Source of the DNA: Nitrospinaceae bacterium
GTDB taxonomy: Bacteria; Nitrospinota; Nitrospinia; Nitrospinales; VA-1
Direction of reading: 5' to 3'
Assembly: GCA_046754465.1 (NCBI GenBank)
Contig: JBHHVU010000023.1
Coordinates: forward strand, 1 to 45,790
Length of the DNA stretch: 45,790 bases
Part shown: positions 28,837-36,915 of the stretch, one piece after another
Layout of the letters: each line of letters starts with the position of its first letter
Numbering within the stretch: the stretch's first letter is position 1
The notes under the pieces: model-generated
The model's input: only the letters and a program-made list of their open reading frames with translations
Told to the model about the DNA's origin: nothing
The model's database searches: none
Made by a program: the position numbers and the translations under genes

Positions 28837-29331
28837 TCAGTAGTTGGTTTTCTGGGGTGGGGGCGCGGCGTCTTCCTTCCGGCTGGAATCGTTGAAGCGG
28901 GAGACCAGCCCGGTGACGGCGGTGGCGAGTTGTTTGATCTCGTTGTTGGTCTTGAATTCCGGAAGGCCGGTCCCCCCATTTTTTTCCGTAAAAGCGATGA
29001 TTTTCCGTAAGGGCCGAACCACCAGGTTGAAGGTATAGATTCCTCCGATGAGGGTCATCAGGCTGCCCAGCACCGCCAAGCCCAGCATTTCATTGCGCAA
29101 TTGATGGGTGCTTCGGGAAACCCGCGATTTGATCAGTTCGATTTGTTCCGGAGTCTGATGCTGCGTTTGAATGGTCTGTACGATCCGATCGACTTGGCCC
29201 ATCTCGATATAGATATAGAACGCCGCGTATCCCAGGCAGGAAATGGTGGCGAGGTAGCCGGTCATCAAGAGGGTAACTATGCTTTTCTTCTCTCCGGGAA
29301 GCTCTTCCCGGAAAATTCGATTTTGCTTCAT
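28837..29331 (-). CDS. Two-TM protein with a HAMP-like domain and no output domain
   Basis: TM1, short periplasmic segment, TM2, then VVRPLRKI...NNEIKQLATAV (HAMP pattern); 4-bp overlap with the M48 gene. Confidence 0.7.
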   Translation of the reverse strand: MKQNRIFREELPGEKKSIVTLLMTGYLATISCLGYAAFYIYIEMGQVDRIVQTIQTQHQTPEQIELIKSRVSRSTHQLRNEMLGLAVLGSLMTLIGGIYTFNLVVRPLRKIIAFTEKNGGTGLPEFKTNNEIKQLATAVTGLVSRFNDSSRKEDAAPPPQKTNY

Positions 29332-30377
29332 AATTGACCCTGCACCGTCGATCGGTACCGCGACGCGAGGATAGGGGCCAGGGCAGCCGATTTGTAACGC
29401 GGCAAAAGGCGCGTTAGCCGGGTGTATCGTTCGCCGGGACTGGGATGGGTGCTGAGGAAAATGGACTTTTGCCCCGATCGGGCTTTCCCCAGGATTCGGA
29501 TAAAATCCTTCAGGCCGGCCGGGAAATAGCCCAGCCGGTAGGCATATTCCGTTCCATACTTGTCGGCCTCGAATTCCAGGTTCTTATCCAGCCCGCGCGT
29601 GAAAAGGATGTCTGAAACCTCATTGATCACTTTGTCGAACAGCGCCGGGTTTTTATTCATGGCCGTGAGGGTCAAGGAGCTCAAGCCTTGCAAAACCTTG
29701 CCGCGCTGAAGGGTTTGCAGCGCGTGCTTTCGCGTGATATGGGCGATCTCGTGTCCCAGGACCCCCGCCAACTGGGCTTCATTTTTCAGGAGACGGAGCA
29801 ATCCCACGCTCACGAAAACATATCCGCCGGGAGTGGCGAAGGCGTTGGCCTGCTCGGTATTGAGGACGGCGAAAAAGTAATCGATATCCGGCCGGCCGGA
29901 AACTTCCGCCACCGATTTCCCCACCAGGGTGATATAGCGTTGCAGCCGGGGGTTGAGGTACATCCCGCCGAATCGGTTGAAAACCTCCACCGCGAGGGAG
30001 CCGCCGATGGCTTTTTCTTCCTCGTAACCGATGGGTTGAAAAGCCTTCAGGGTGGTCACGCTTTGCTTGAGTATTTTCGAGGTTTTCTTGTCGAAAATGC
30101 CCAAGGATTCTCCGAGGCCGATCAACCCGCCTCCTCCCTTGGGTTTGGAGGGCTGACTGGGAGCCGGTTGCTGGGGAGCCGCCTGGGGCCGCTCGGGAGG
30201 GGGCTGAGGGGGTGGCTCCGCGGGCTTTGCGCTGGGTTGTTCCTGTTTGGGTTGTTCCTGTTTGGGTTTTTCCAGTTGTTCCAGAAACTGATCCAACCGG
30301 AACGACTGCGCCGTTTGAGTCCAGACCAGACTGACCGCGGCGAGCGCCCAAGCGAGGTAACTTTTCTTAAATCTCAT
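29328..30377 (-). CDS. M48 family metalloprotease
   Basis: Signal peptide, Pro/Gln linker, NAFATPGGY, HEIAH, EFEAD and STHP. Confidence 0.92.
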   Translation of the reverse strand: MRFKKSYLAWALAAVSLVWTQTAQSFRLDQFLEQLEKPKQEQPKQEQPSAKPAEPPPQPPPERPQAAPQQPAPSQPSKPKGGGGLIGLGESLGIFDKKTSKILKQSVTTLKAFQPIGYEEEKAIGGSLAVEVFNRFGGMYLNPRLQRYITLVGKSVAEVSGRPDIDYFFAVLNTEQANAFATPGGYVFVSVGLLRLLKNEAQLAGVLGHEIAHITRKHALQTLQRGKVLQGLSSLTLTAMNKNPALFDKVINEVSDILFTRGLDKNLEFEADKYGTEYAYRLGYFPAGLKDFIRILGKARSGQKSIFLSTHPSPGERYTRLTRLLPRYKSAALAPILASRYRSTVQGQL

Positions 30378-30423
30378 GGAATTTGCCGTATGACTGAATT
30401 GAAGGCGGATGATTTTTCCGGCC

Positions 30424-30954
30424 CTATTGCCCGTATTCTCCCAACCTTCCCTGTTTAAGAAAATTGTCCATTGCTTCCGGGCTCACCCGGAAGGATTCCA
30501 TCTGTTTGACGGCCTCGATATTTTCCTTTGAAATTCCCTTGTTCTTCGCGTGTTGTTCAGAAATCGGGCTCAGCCCGCGGATGCTGGACCCCGAGGAGGA
30601 TTCCCGGGCCGCGATTTGCTGCCGGCCTCCCAGGGCTCCCAGAAAGTCTCCGCCTCCCGACCGGGAAGGGGCTTTGGAGGTCAAACGGAATTTGAAAATC
30701 CAACCCTTTTTCCCACCCGGCGCGGAAACCTGGTAAAACCTCTTGGATTTTTTCAGGACCTTCACCGCCGTTCCCCTGTTCAGTTTGGCGACGACCTTCG
30801 ATCTGGCGGAATCGGTCGCCTGCAGTTTGGTCCCCGATTTCTTGACATACAGGGTTTGAGCGGAAAGCGAGTCCACAAACACTGCCGCACCCAGCAAAAA
30901 AAGAAAAAGCGGGAGAAGGATACGTAATCTTTTACGGATTTGGGTTTTGAACAT
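30424..30954 (-). CDS. Exported SH3-like domain protein
   Basis: Signal peptide, SH3b pattern (VAKLNRGTAVKVL...YQV...KGWI), and C-terminal IRGL...F...G.L. Confidence 0.8.
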   Translation of the reverse strand: MFKTQIRKRLRILLPLFLFLLGAAVFVDSLSAQTLYVKKSGTKLQATDSARSKVVAKLNRGTAVKVLKKSKRFYQVSAPGGKKGWIFKFRLTSKAPSRSGGGDFLGALGGRQQIAARESSSGSSIRGLSPISEQHAKNKGISKENIEAVKQMESFRVSPEAMDNFLKQGRLGEYGQ

Positions 30955-31107
30955 TATATCGACAGGGTTGGGGTTTCTTTCACAATAAAGGCTATCCTCA
31001 AAGGGGAGGTAAGGTCAACAACTTTTTCCATTCTTTGGAATTCCCGAGAAGGGGTGGGAAAGTTCCCTGGAACCGCCATGGATCGGGCGGAGGATGAAAG
31101 CACCAGA

Positions 31108-32073
31108 TCAACGCCGCCGGCGGCGGGATGCCCGGGTCCGCCGGGTTTCTTCTTTTAAAAACTCTTTCCGCAGCCGGGACCAGTTGAAGGCGGAACCCGG
31201 ATCGTATTTTGGCCGCAGGTCCGGCGACGCGCCTTTTTGTACGTGGGCGTGCCCGAGAATTCCGGCGAATCGGGAAAAGTTCTTGATCCGGTCAAGAGGC
31301 ACCTGGCGAGTTTCCGGATCGTAAGGGACCCGGAGCTTGATTCGGGGAAGCAGCTTGTGGATGCCGATGCACAGCCGGATCAGGGCCTGGTACTGTTCTT
31401 CGGTAAAATCCCACATCCGCACCATGGTCCCGTTGACGCGCCTGCTGAAGTATCCCCGTTCGCCGTAGGCGCGGGAAGGGACCGCCCGGAAGTTGGGGGT
31501 CCTCAATTTGTCCCGGTAGGCCCTTGGAAGTGTGAGTTCCCAGCGGCCGTTGATTTGCCGATACTGGTCCCGCTTCACTCGATACAATTCCGACTCGTTC
31601 GTTAAAGCTTCCCATGAGAGGTTGGCCATTTCCACATGGACCGACCGTTCGTTGCCGACGCGGTCGTCCGCGGGGCCGGTATTGGTTTTCCAGTACAAAT
31701 CGCAGGTCTGGTAAATGGTTCCGTCAATGTCGAGATAAATCTGGCTTCCCTTGAAGGTGCTGTCCCGCATGAGCTGGTGGCATTGGTAGGAGCAATAACA
31801 GACATCGTAATGGAGGATGAGCTGATACACGCGTTTTTTCAGTTCCTCGTAAGCTGTGGGGGGATTTTGAATCTGGTACGTCCCGTGTGGCCGGGTGGGC
31901 TGGTCATTCAATACGGGATCGTGGTGGGTGCAATCCTTCCGGCCTCTTTTATTGGGGCAAACGAGGCCCCCTTCCTCGTCCCACAAAACCACCCGGGTTC
32001 CAATATCCACTCGGAAGCCGCAGGCGATGATGCTTTGGTTCATAGAGGGGGGATCTTGCCGGGAGGGGTTCAA
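31108..32073 (-). CDS. N-acetylmuramoyl-L-alanine amidase (Amidase_2-like)
   Basis: LILHYD, IDGTIYQ, NERSVHVE, FTEEQYQAL, GHAHV and KYDPG.AFNW. Confidence 0.8.
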   Translation of the reverse strand: MNPSRQDPPSMNQSIIACGFRVDIGTRVVLWDEEGGLVCPNKRGRKDCTHHDPVLNDQPTRPHGTYQIQNPPTAYEELKKRVYQLILHYDVCYCSYQCHQLMRDSTFKGSQIYLDIDGTIYQTCDLYWKTNTGPADDRVGNERSVHVEMANLSWEALTNESELYRVKRDQYRQINGRWELTLPRAYRDKLRTPNFRAVPSRAYGERGYFSRRVNGTMVRMWDFTEEQYQALIRLCIGIHKLLPRIKLRVPYDPETRQVPLDRIKNFSRFAGILGHAHVQKGASPDLRPKYDPGSAFNWSRLRKEFLKEETRRTRASRRRRR

Positions 32074-32091
32074 TGCTTTTCCTTCAGGATT

Positions 32092-32973
32092 TTAGTTCCG
32101 GGTGGTTTGGCTGCCGTTATTGTTGGTTCCCCAGTGCAGTTTTTTGCGGAGAATCTGGTAATAGTTTTTTCCCGTCGCCTGGACCAGTTTCAGGGAGGTT
32201 CGGGCTTTCTTGATTTTCAGGATGTCTCCGGTGAACATGTCGCATCCTTCCTGGCCGTCCAGGGTTACGCGGACGTCTTCCTTTTGGGTGGTGAGTTCCA
32301 CCTGGATATGGGACCGGTCCGGTATCACGATGGGCCGGTTGGTCAGGGTGAAAGGACAAATCGGGCTGAGCACCAGGGCGTGCATGCTGGGGTGGATGAT
32401 GGGCCCGCCGGCGGAAAGCGAATAGGCGGTGGAGCCGGTGGGTGTCGCGATGATCAGTCCGTCGGCCCGGTAGGAGGTCATGTACTGGTTGTCGACCCGG
32501 ACATGAAGATGAACGATTCTGGCAAGCGCCCCCTTGTTGATGACCACGTCGTTTAGAACGTGATAATCCCCCACCTTTTTATCCCCTCGCCATAACGAAG
32601 CGTTCAAAAGCATTCGCTGTTCCAGGCGATACTGATGGTCCAGCATTTTCCGCAGGGTGGGGTAAAGGTCCGGGAGGGCGATTTCCGTCAGGAATCCAAG
32701 GCTGCCCAGGTTGACCGGGAGAATGGGGACGTTGTGAGCATGAACGATCCGAACCAGGCTCAGCAGGGTTCCGTCGCCGCCCAGGACGATGATGAGGTCG
32801 ACGAGGGAGGGGATGTCCGATTTATCCCATTCCGAGGGTTCATGGATGATTTTGGCCGTGTCCCTGTCCATGAAAACCTGGCGGTTGTTCTTGCGTAGCC
32901 AATGGGTCAGTTCCCTCAATACTTCCTGGTCTACGGACGGTTTTTGTTTGCAAAAAACCCCGATATTTTTCAC
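32092..32973 (-). CDS. nadK: NAD(+) kinase
   Basis: GGDGT, NLGSLGFL, LND and ATPTGSTAYSLSAGGP. Confidence 0.96.
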   Translation of the reverse strand: MKNIGVFCKQKPSVDQEVLRELTHWLRKNNRQVFMDRDTAKIIHEPSEWDKSDIPSLVDLIIVLGGDGTLLSLVRIVHAHNVPILPVNLGSLGFLTEIALPDLYPTLRKMLDHQYRLEQRMLLNASLWRGDKKVGDYHVLNDVVINKGALARIVHLHVRVDNQYMTSYRADGLIIATPTGSTAYSLSAGGPIIHPSMHALVLSPICPFTLTNRPIVIPDRSHIQVELTTQKEDVRVTLDGQEGCDMFTGDILKIKKARTSLKLVQATGKNYYQILRKKLHWGTNNNGSQTTRN

Positions 32974-33157
32974 TTGGGTCCCCGGTTAGGTTGGATGGAT
33001 CAGCCGGATTGAATTAACCAACAAGATTGAAAAGCGGATCCAGCGGCTCGTTTCCAGCCACGGCGAAACGAAAGGGGCCCGGCTCCGCTATTTGTTGGTT
33101 GCAGTATATAAGAGAAATTTTCTGGGGGGGCAAAAAAATCTGTGAACCGGAAGCCGA

Positions 33158-33646
33158 TTAAAGTTTACCGAAATCCTGGGGCTTAATATTTTGCAGCCAA
33201 TCCTTCCATTGTTGCTTTTCGTCTTTTTTGGTTTTATCGGGTTCGGGCAGATCCAGGCTTTTGGCCGCCTCAATCACCTTTTCTTCCACATAGATGGGAG
33301 ACTTGGTCCGCAGGGCCAGGGCAATCGCGTCGCTGGGACGGGAATCGATCGTCAGCGTGTTGCCCCCAAAGACCAGGGAGATCACGGCATAAAAGGTATT
33401 GTCCTTGAGTTCGTTCACCAGAATGTGGTTGATCTTCGCCTTCATGGTATGGATCAGATTCCGGATCAAGTCATGGGTCATGGGCCGGGGGGTGGTGATT
33501 TTTTCAATTTCCAGGGCGATGGCATTCGCCTCGAAATACCCTACCCAGATCGGGAGCGCCTTGGACCCCGTGGAATCTTTTAAAATGATTATAGGCATGT
33601 TGGTCAAAGGATCGAGGGTCAATCCTTCCACCTTCATTTCAACCAT
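33158..33646 (-). CDS. Bifunctional nuclease family protein (DUF151)
   Basis: LPIWVG.FEA, RPMTHDL and DSRPSDAIALA. Confidence 0.93.
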   Translation of the reverse strand: MVEMKVEGLTLDPLTNMPIIILKDSTGSKALPIWVGYFEANAIALEIEKITTPRPMTHDLIRNLIHTMKAKINHILVNELKDNTFYAVISLVFGGNTLTIDSRPSDAIALALRTKSPIYVEEKVIEAAKSLDLPEPDKTKKDEKQQWKDWLQNIKPQDFGKL

Positions 33647-33751
33647 GACGGGATTCCCCTGGAAAAATGGCTTCTGCTGGGTGGAAAAGTACTTTTTTCA
33701 AATTAATTGCTTCTTCTCAAGACGGGATTTTTTTAATTAACCTATCTAAAA

Positions 33752-33780
33752 ACTATAGTTAAACAATTCAGGTTTGTCAA
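33752..33780 (-). promoter_or_regulatory. Sigma70 promoter for the DUF151 gene
   Basis: Minus strand TTGACA-17 nt-TATAGT, near consensus. Confidence 0.7.
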
Positions 33781-33854
33781 TGACTGTATGGCGAACTGAT
33801 TTTCGGCGAGGGGTTGAAAATTGGGCGGACCCGGGGGTTTTCAGAGGAAACGTG

Positions 33855-34094
33855 TTATTTTTCCCGGGTATTTTTGTCCAGGAATTCCTTGAGTTTGGTA
33901 CGCACCATTTCGGGAATCTCGATTTTCCCGAGAGTGTCCCGTGCCAGGTCGGTGGTCGACCTCAGGGTATTCAGAAAGGCGATGCATGGGGGGCAGTCTT
34001 GAAAATGTTCTTCCAGGTCGGCGCTGGTTTTTGGGTTCAGCTCTCCATCCAGGTAATCGGATAATAAATCCAGGCATTCTTTACAGCAGATCAT
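33855..34094 (-). CDS. zf-HC2 (ZAS) anti-sigma factor, soluble
   Basis: LSDYLDGEL and HFQDCPPC (HxxxCxxC); overlaps the sigma stop; no TM helix. Confidence 0.9.
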   Translation of the reverse strand: MICCKECLDLLSDYLDGELNPKTSADLEEHFQDCPPCIAFLNTLRSTTDLARDTLGKIEIPEMVRTKLKEFLDKNTREK

Positions 34095-34720
34095 TTTTTT
34101 ACCCTGCGAGAAAGGTACTCTTCAAAATAGTTGGACAACTTCTTCCTTAGAAACAAGCGCGCCCGATGCAACCTGGACTTTACGGCGGGAACGGTGAGTT
34201 CAAGAATTTCACTCACTTTCTCGGTCGACAACCCTTCCACGTCGCGAAGCAGGAAAACCACTTTTTCTTTTTCAGGCAACTGGTCAACGGCTTTCTGAAT
34301 GACTTCCTTCGTTTCATTGGTGAATAACAGTGACTCGGTATTTTCCGACCAGTCCTGAATTTTTTCCTGTTGATATCCCGAACCGTTGTAGTTGGGCAAC
34401 AGGTCGTCCAGGGAAATATTGGGTTCCTTTTTTTTGCTTCTCAGTTTCATGTAGGTCGCGTTCAAAGTGACGCGGTAAACCCAACTGGAGAACGCGGACT
34501 TTCCCTGAAACGTATCGATCTTCTTGAAGATGGTGAGAAGGACGTCTTGTACCACGTCCTGCGCGTCCATCGGGTTCCGGGTCAGGTTGAAACTGAGGAC
34601 GTAGATTTTTTTTTGATACCGTTCTACGATTTTCTCGTAGGCTTCCAGGTTTCCTTTCTGGAATTGCCGGACCAAGGCTTCTTCGACTTCTTTCCCTTCT
34701 TTATCTTGTGTAAACGCCAT
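34091..34720 (-). CDS. ECF RNA polymerase sigma factor
   Basis: DAQDVVQD, FSSWVYR, LRDVEGLS..E and VKSRLHRAR. Confidence 0.95.
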   Translation of the reverse strand: MAFTQDKEGKEVEEALVRQFQKGNLEAYEKIVERYQKKIYVLSFNLTRNPMDAQDVVQDVLLTIFKKIDTFQGKSAFSSWVYRVTLNATYMKLRSKKKEPNISLDDLLPNYNGSGYQQEKIQDWSENTESLLFTNETKEVIQKAVDQLPEKEKVVFLLRDVEGLSTEKVSEILELTVPAVKSRLHRARLFLRKKLSNYFEEYLSRRVKK

Positions 34721-34822
34721 GATCTGTAAATCCCTTTTCGGCAGCTGGACTGGTTTTTTCTTTTCCCCGATCCAATTGGCGCCCCGGAAATTTACAGTGC
34801 ATGCCGGGTTTCCCTCATATAA

Positions 34823-34851
34823 TTAGATGCCATTGAAATCAAAGTGATTCA
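34823..34851 (-). promoter_or_regulatory. Candidate ECF-type autoregulatory promoter
   Basis: Minus strand TGAATC-16 nt-CATCTAA, resembling TGAAAC-N16-CGTCTAA-type ECF promoters, about 100 nt upstream of the sigma gene. Confidence 0.5.
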
Positions 34852-34943
34852 ATGAAGTTGGAACCGGGTGAAAAAAAATGAGGGTGTTGAATCCTGCCCT
34901 GCAAATTTCAAAAATCGAAACGGCGGATGGGGGGGGCGCGGGG

Positions 34944-35225
34944 TTATTTGGCCTGTGGTTCCTGCGCGGAAGGGACAGGGTTTTCCACTGTTTGGGACTC
35001 CTCCGGTTTTTCTTCTTCCTTGCCGGTGGGCGCGGTGTCCCCCTCGTTCACGGCCTTCTGGATGTCCATCTCATCCTTGATTTCTTCCGCCTCTTTCATG
35101 GATTTTTTGAAATTTCTAATACTATTTCCAAAGGCGCTTCCGATTTCGGGGAGTTTTCCCGCCCCAAAAATGATCATGATGATCACCAATATAATCATTA
35201 ATTCTGGAAAACCGATCCCCATCAT
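34944..35225 (-). CDS. tatA: Twin-arginine translocase TatA/E
   Basis: GIGFPEL..I...[11 protein letters not shown]...G..IRNFKK. Confidence 0.95.
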   Translation of the reverse strand: MMGIGFPELMIILVIIMIIFGAGKLPEIGSAFGNSIRNFKKSMKEAEEIKDEMDIQKAVNEGDTAPTGKEEEKPEESQTVENPVPSAQEPQAK

Positions 35226-35421
35226 AGTAAAAATCCCTTTTCTAAAAATTCTGAATGTTAAACGGCAATTGGATTGGTCGAATTATAGCACTTAATAAAT
35301 TCGATCACAAATTAATTAAAAGGCAAAAAATCAAGAATTTCTATGGTAAATATCGCGGGCTGTGATAAAATTCCCCCGCAGGTTTTCGAGAGACGGATAC
35401 CCTTTAGAATAGGTTAATAAT

Positions 35422-36030
35422 ATGAAGCGGCCACTCAGATGGATTCCCTGGCTGGCCGGGATGCTAATACTGGTCCTGGTTACGGGAGCCCACGCCGAGA
35501 AATTTTCCCAAAGGTTTGCCAAAGGCACCTCCAACTTTGGGGTGCAGACGGGGTTTGGATATACCCTCGATATTCCTCCCGGACGCGACCGCAGCGATCT
35601 GAGTTTTCTGTTTTTCTTTCCCAACTGGCAATACAATTTCACGGGAGTGATTGGAAAGTCGTTGTATCGGGGCGCTTTGTTCTGGCATGTGGAGGCGGGG
35701 TTCGCTTCTCTCCTGAACCGCGGCGGGGAATATTTGTTGGGCTTTTCTCCATTGATGGTGCAATATAAGTTTTTAAGCCCCAAACGAAGATGGGCCCCTA
35801 ACTTGCTGTTGGGCGCCGGATTCTCCTATACCAATTTCAAGGATGTGGCGGAACGGGAGTTGGGATCGGAATTCGAGTTTCTCCTTAACGCCGGGGCCGG
35901 CCTGGAATATTTTCTGAAAAAAGGTTCTATTTCCCTCAATTATCGCTTCTTCCATATTTCCAATGCCGGGATCCATTTCCCCAATATCGGTCTCAATGCA
36001 AACGTTATCAGTTTGGGATTCCGTTTCTAA
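35422..36030 (+). CDS. PagL-like lipid A 3-O-deacylase / acyloxyacyl hydrolase beta-barrel
   Basis: Signal peptide, amphipathic strands, catalytic HISNAG...N.GLN and a terminal Phe. Confidence 0.88.
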   Translation: MKRPLRWIPWLAGMLILVLVTGAHAEKFSQRFAKGTSNFGVQTGFGYTLDIPPGRDRSDLSFLFFFPNWQYNFTGVIGKSLYRGALFWHVEAGFASLLNRGGEYLLGFSPLMVQYKFLSPKRRWAPNLLLGAGFSYTNFKDVAERELGSEFEFLLNAGAGLEYFLKKGSISLNYRFFHISNAGIHFPNIGLNANVISLGFRF

Positions 36031-36308
36031 CAGGTCTTGCCCGTGACGCTTGGAAACCTCGTTGGAGGTGCAAATCTTTCCCACAAGCGCGGGGCGGGAG
36101 TAGATTCGCCGGCCCGATTCCCGTAAAATTCTCAAACCTCCACGGACGGATGGAAAAGAACACCCCTCCGGCCTTCGGCGAACTTCAATAGTTGATATTT
36201 CCAGCCATCCTGATATTCTTTACGGAAATTTTTAGCTCAAGAAAACAATCGAATGGCCGAACCCGGGTTCTTGGGGCAAACCTTGTTCGATCATAAGAAT
36301 CCGCCCAT

Positions 36309-36337
36309 TGTCATGTTTTTTTACCCTGTCCGACTAA
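36309..36337 (+). promoter_or_regulatory. Candidate alternative-sigma (ECF- or sigma28-like) promoter
   Basis: TGTCAT-16 nt-CGACTAA; also readable as sigma28-like TCATGTTT...TCCGACTA. Confidence 0.4.
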
Positions 36338-36342
36338 ATTGA

Positions 36343-36800
36343 GAAAGGCGTATGAGTATTCGAAGTGTATCCGGGGTTCCGGGTTTAATGAAAAGCCCTC
36401 CCTTCATCCAGGGGAAGAATTAAGGTCGTTTCACCGCTCGTTTGAAGACGGATTAGATCGAGAACAGTCTTGAGATGCTCTATCCGCTAACCCCGTTGAG
36501 GAGAGAAAAATGGAGGGTTTCCCGAATACCGGGAAGGCCGCGGGGGTTGGGCAAGGGAAACGTCCTTGGTGTTGCAAGCCATTCTTGATGGACAACGGAT
36601 TTGTTGGCGAAGGTGGTAAAATCCGGCAGGCTATCCCTCCACTTGGGCCAGGGTAACGCGTCATCCTCCCGAGACTTCCTTCACATCCTTATTGATTGAG
36701 TTTTTCCTATTGACCGCGGATCTGAGGGATACATACGGCAGTTCAGTAATTCAAGGCCGGTTGCTGGATGGGGAAGGAATTATTCACGCGACCGGCCCCA
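36343..36800 (+). ncRNA. Candidate large structured non-coding RNA (unassigned)
   Basis: No long plus-strand ORF. By eye, nine nested long-range helices and several local hairpins; no convincing match to RNase P, tmRNA, 6S, T-box or cobalamin consensus. Confidence 0.35.
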
Positions 36801-36915
36801 CCATTATTCTGGGGAGGGTCCGTGGGGAACCCGGAGCGAATGAGCTTTCTACAATATGGCATTTATAACGGCCCAAATCCACGATGAAGATTGATGGGCA
36901 AACCCCTGTTGGAGA

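Noticed and set aside
36520..36680. Cobalamin riboswitch, T-box, RNase P or group I/II intron
   Set aside because: Isolated look-alike words occur (GGGAAGGC, GGGTAACGCG, GAGACT/AGTCT, and a D5-like start on the minus strand), but they are in the wrong order or lack required partner motifs.
36755..36803. tRNA or tmRNA 3' end (CCCCACCA)
   Set aside because: No T-arm (GTTCRA) and no matching tRNA-like 5' end.
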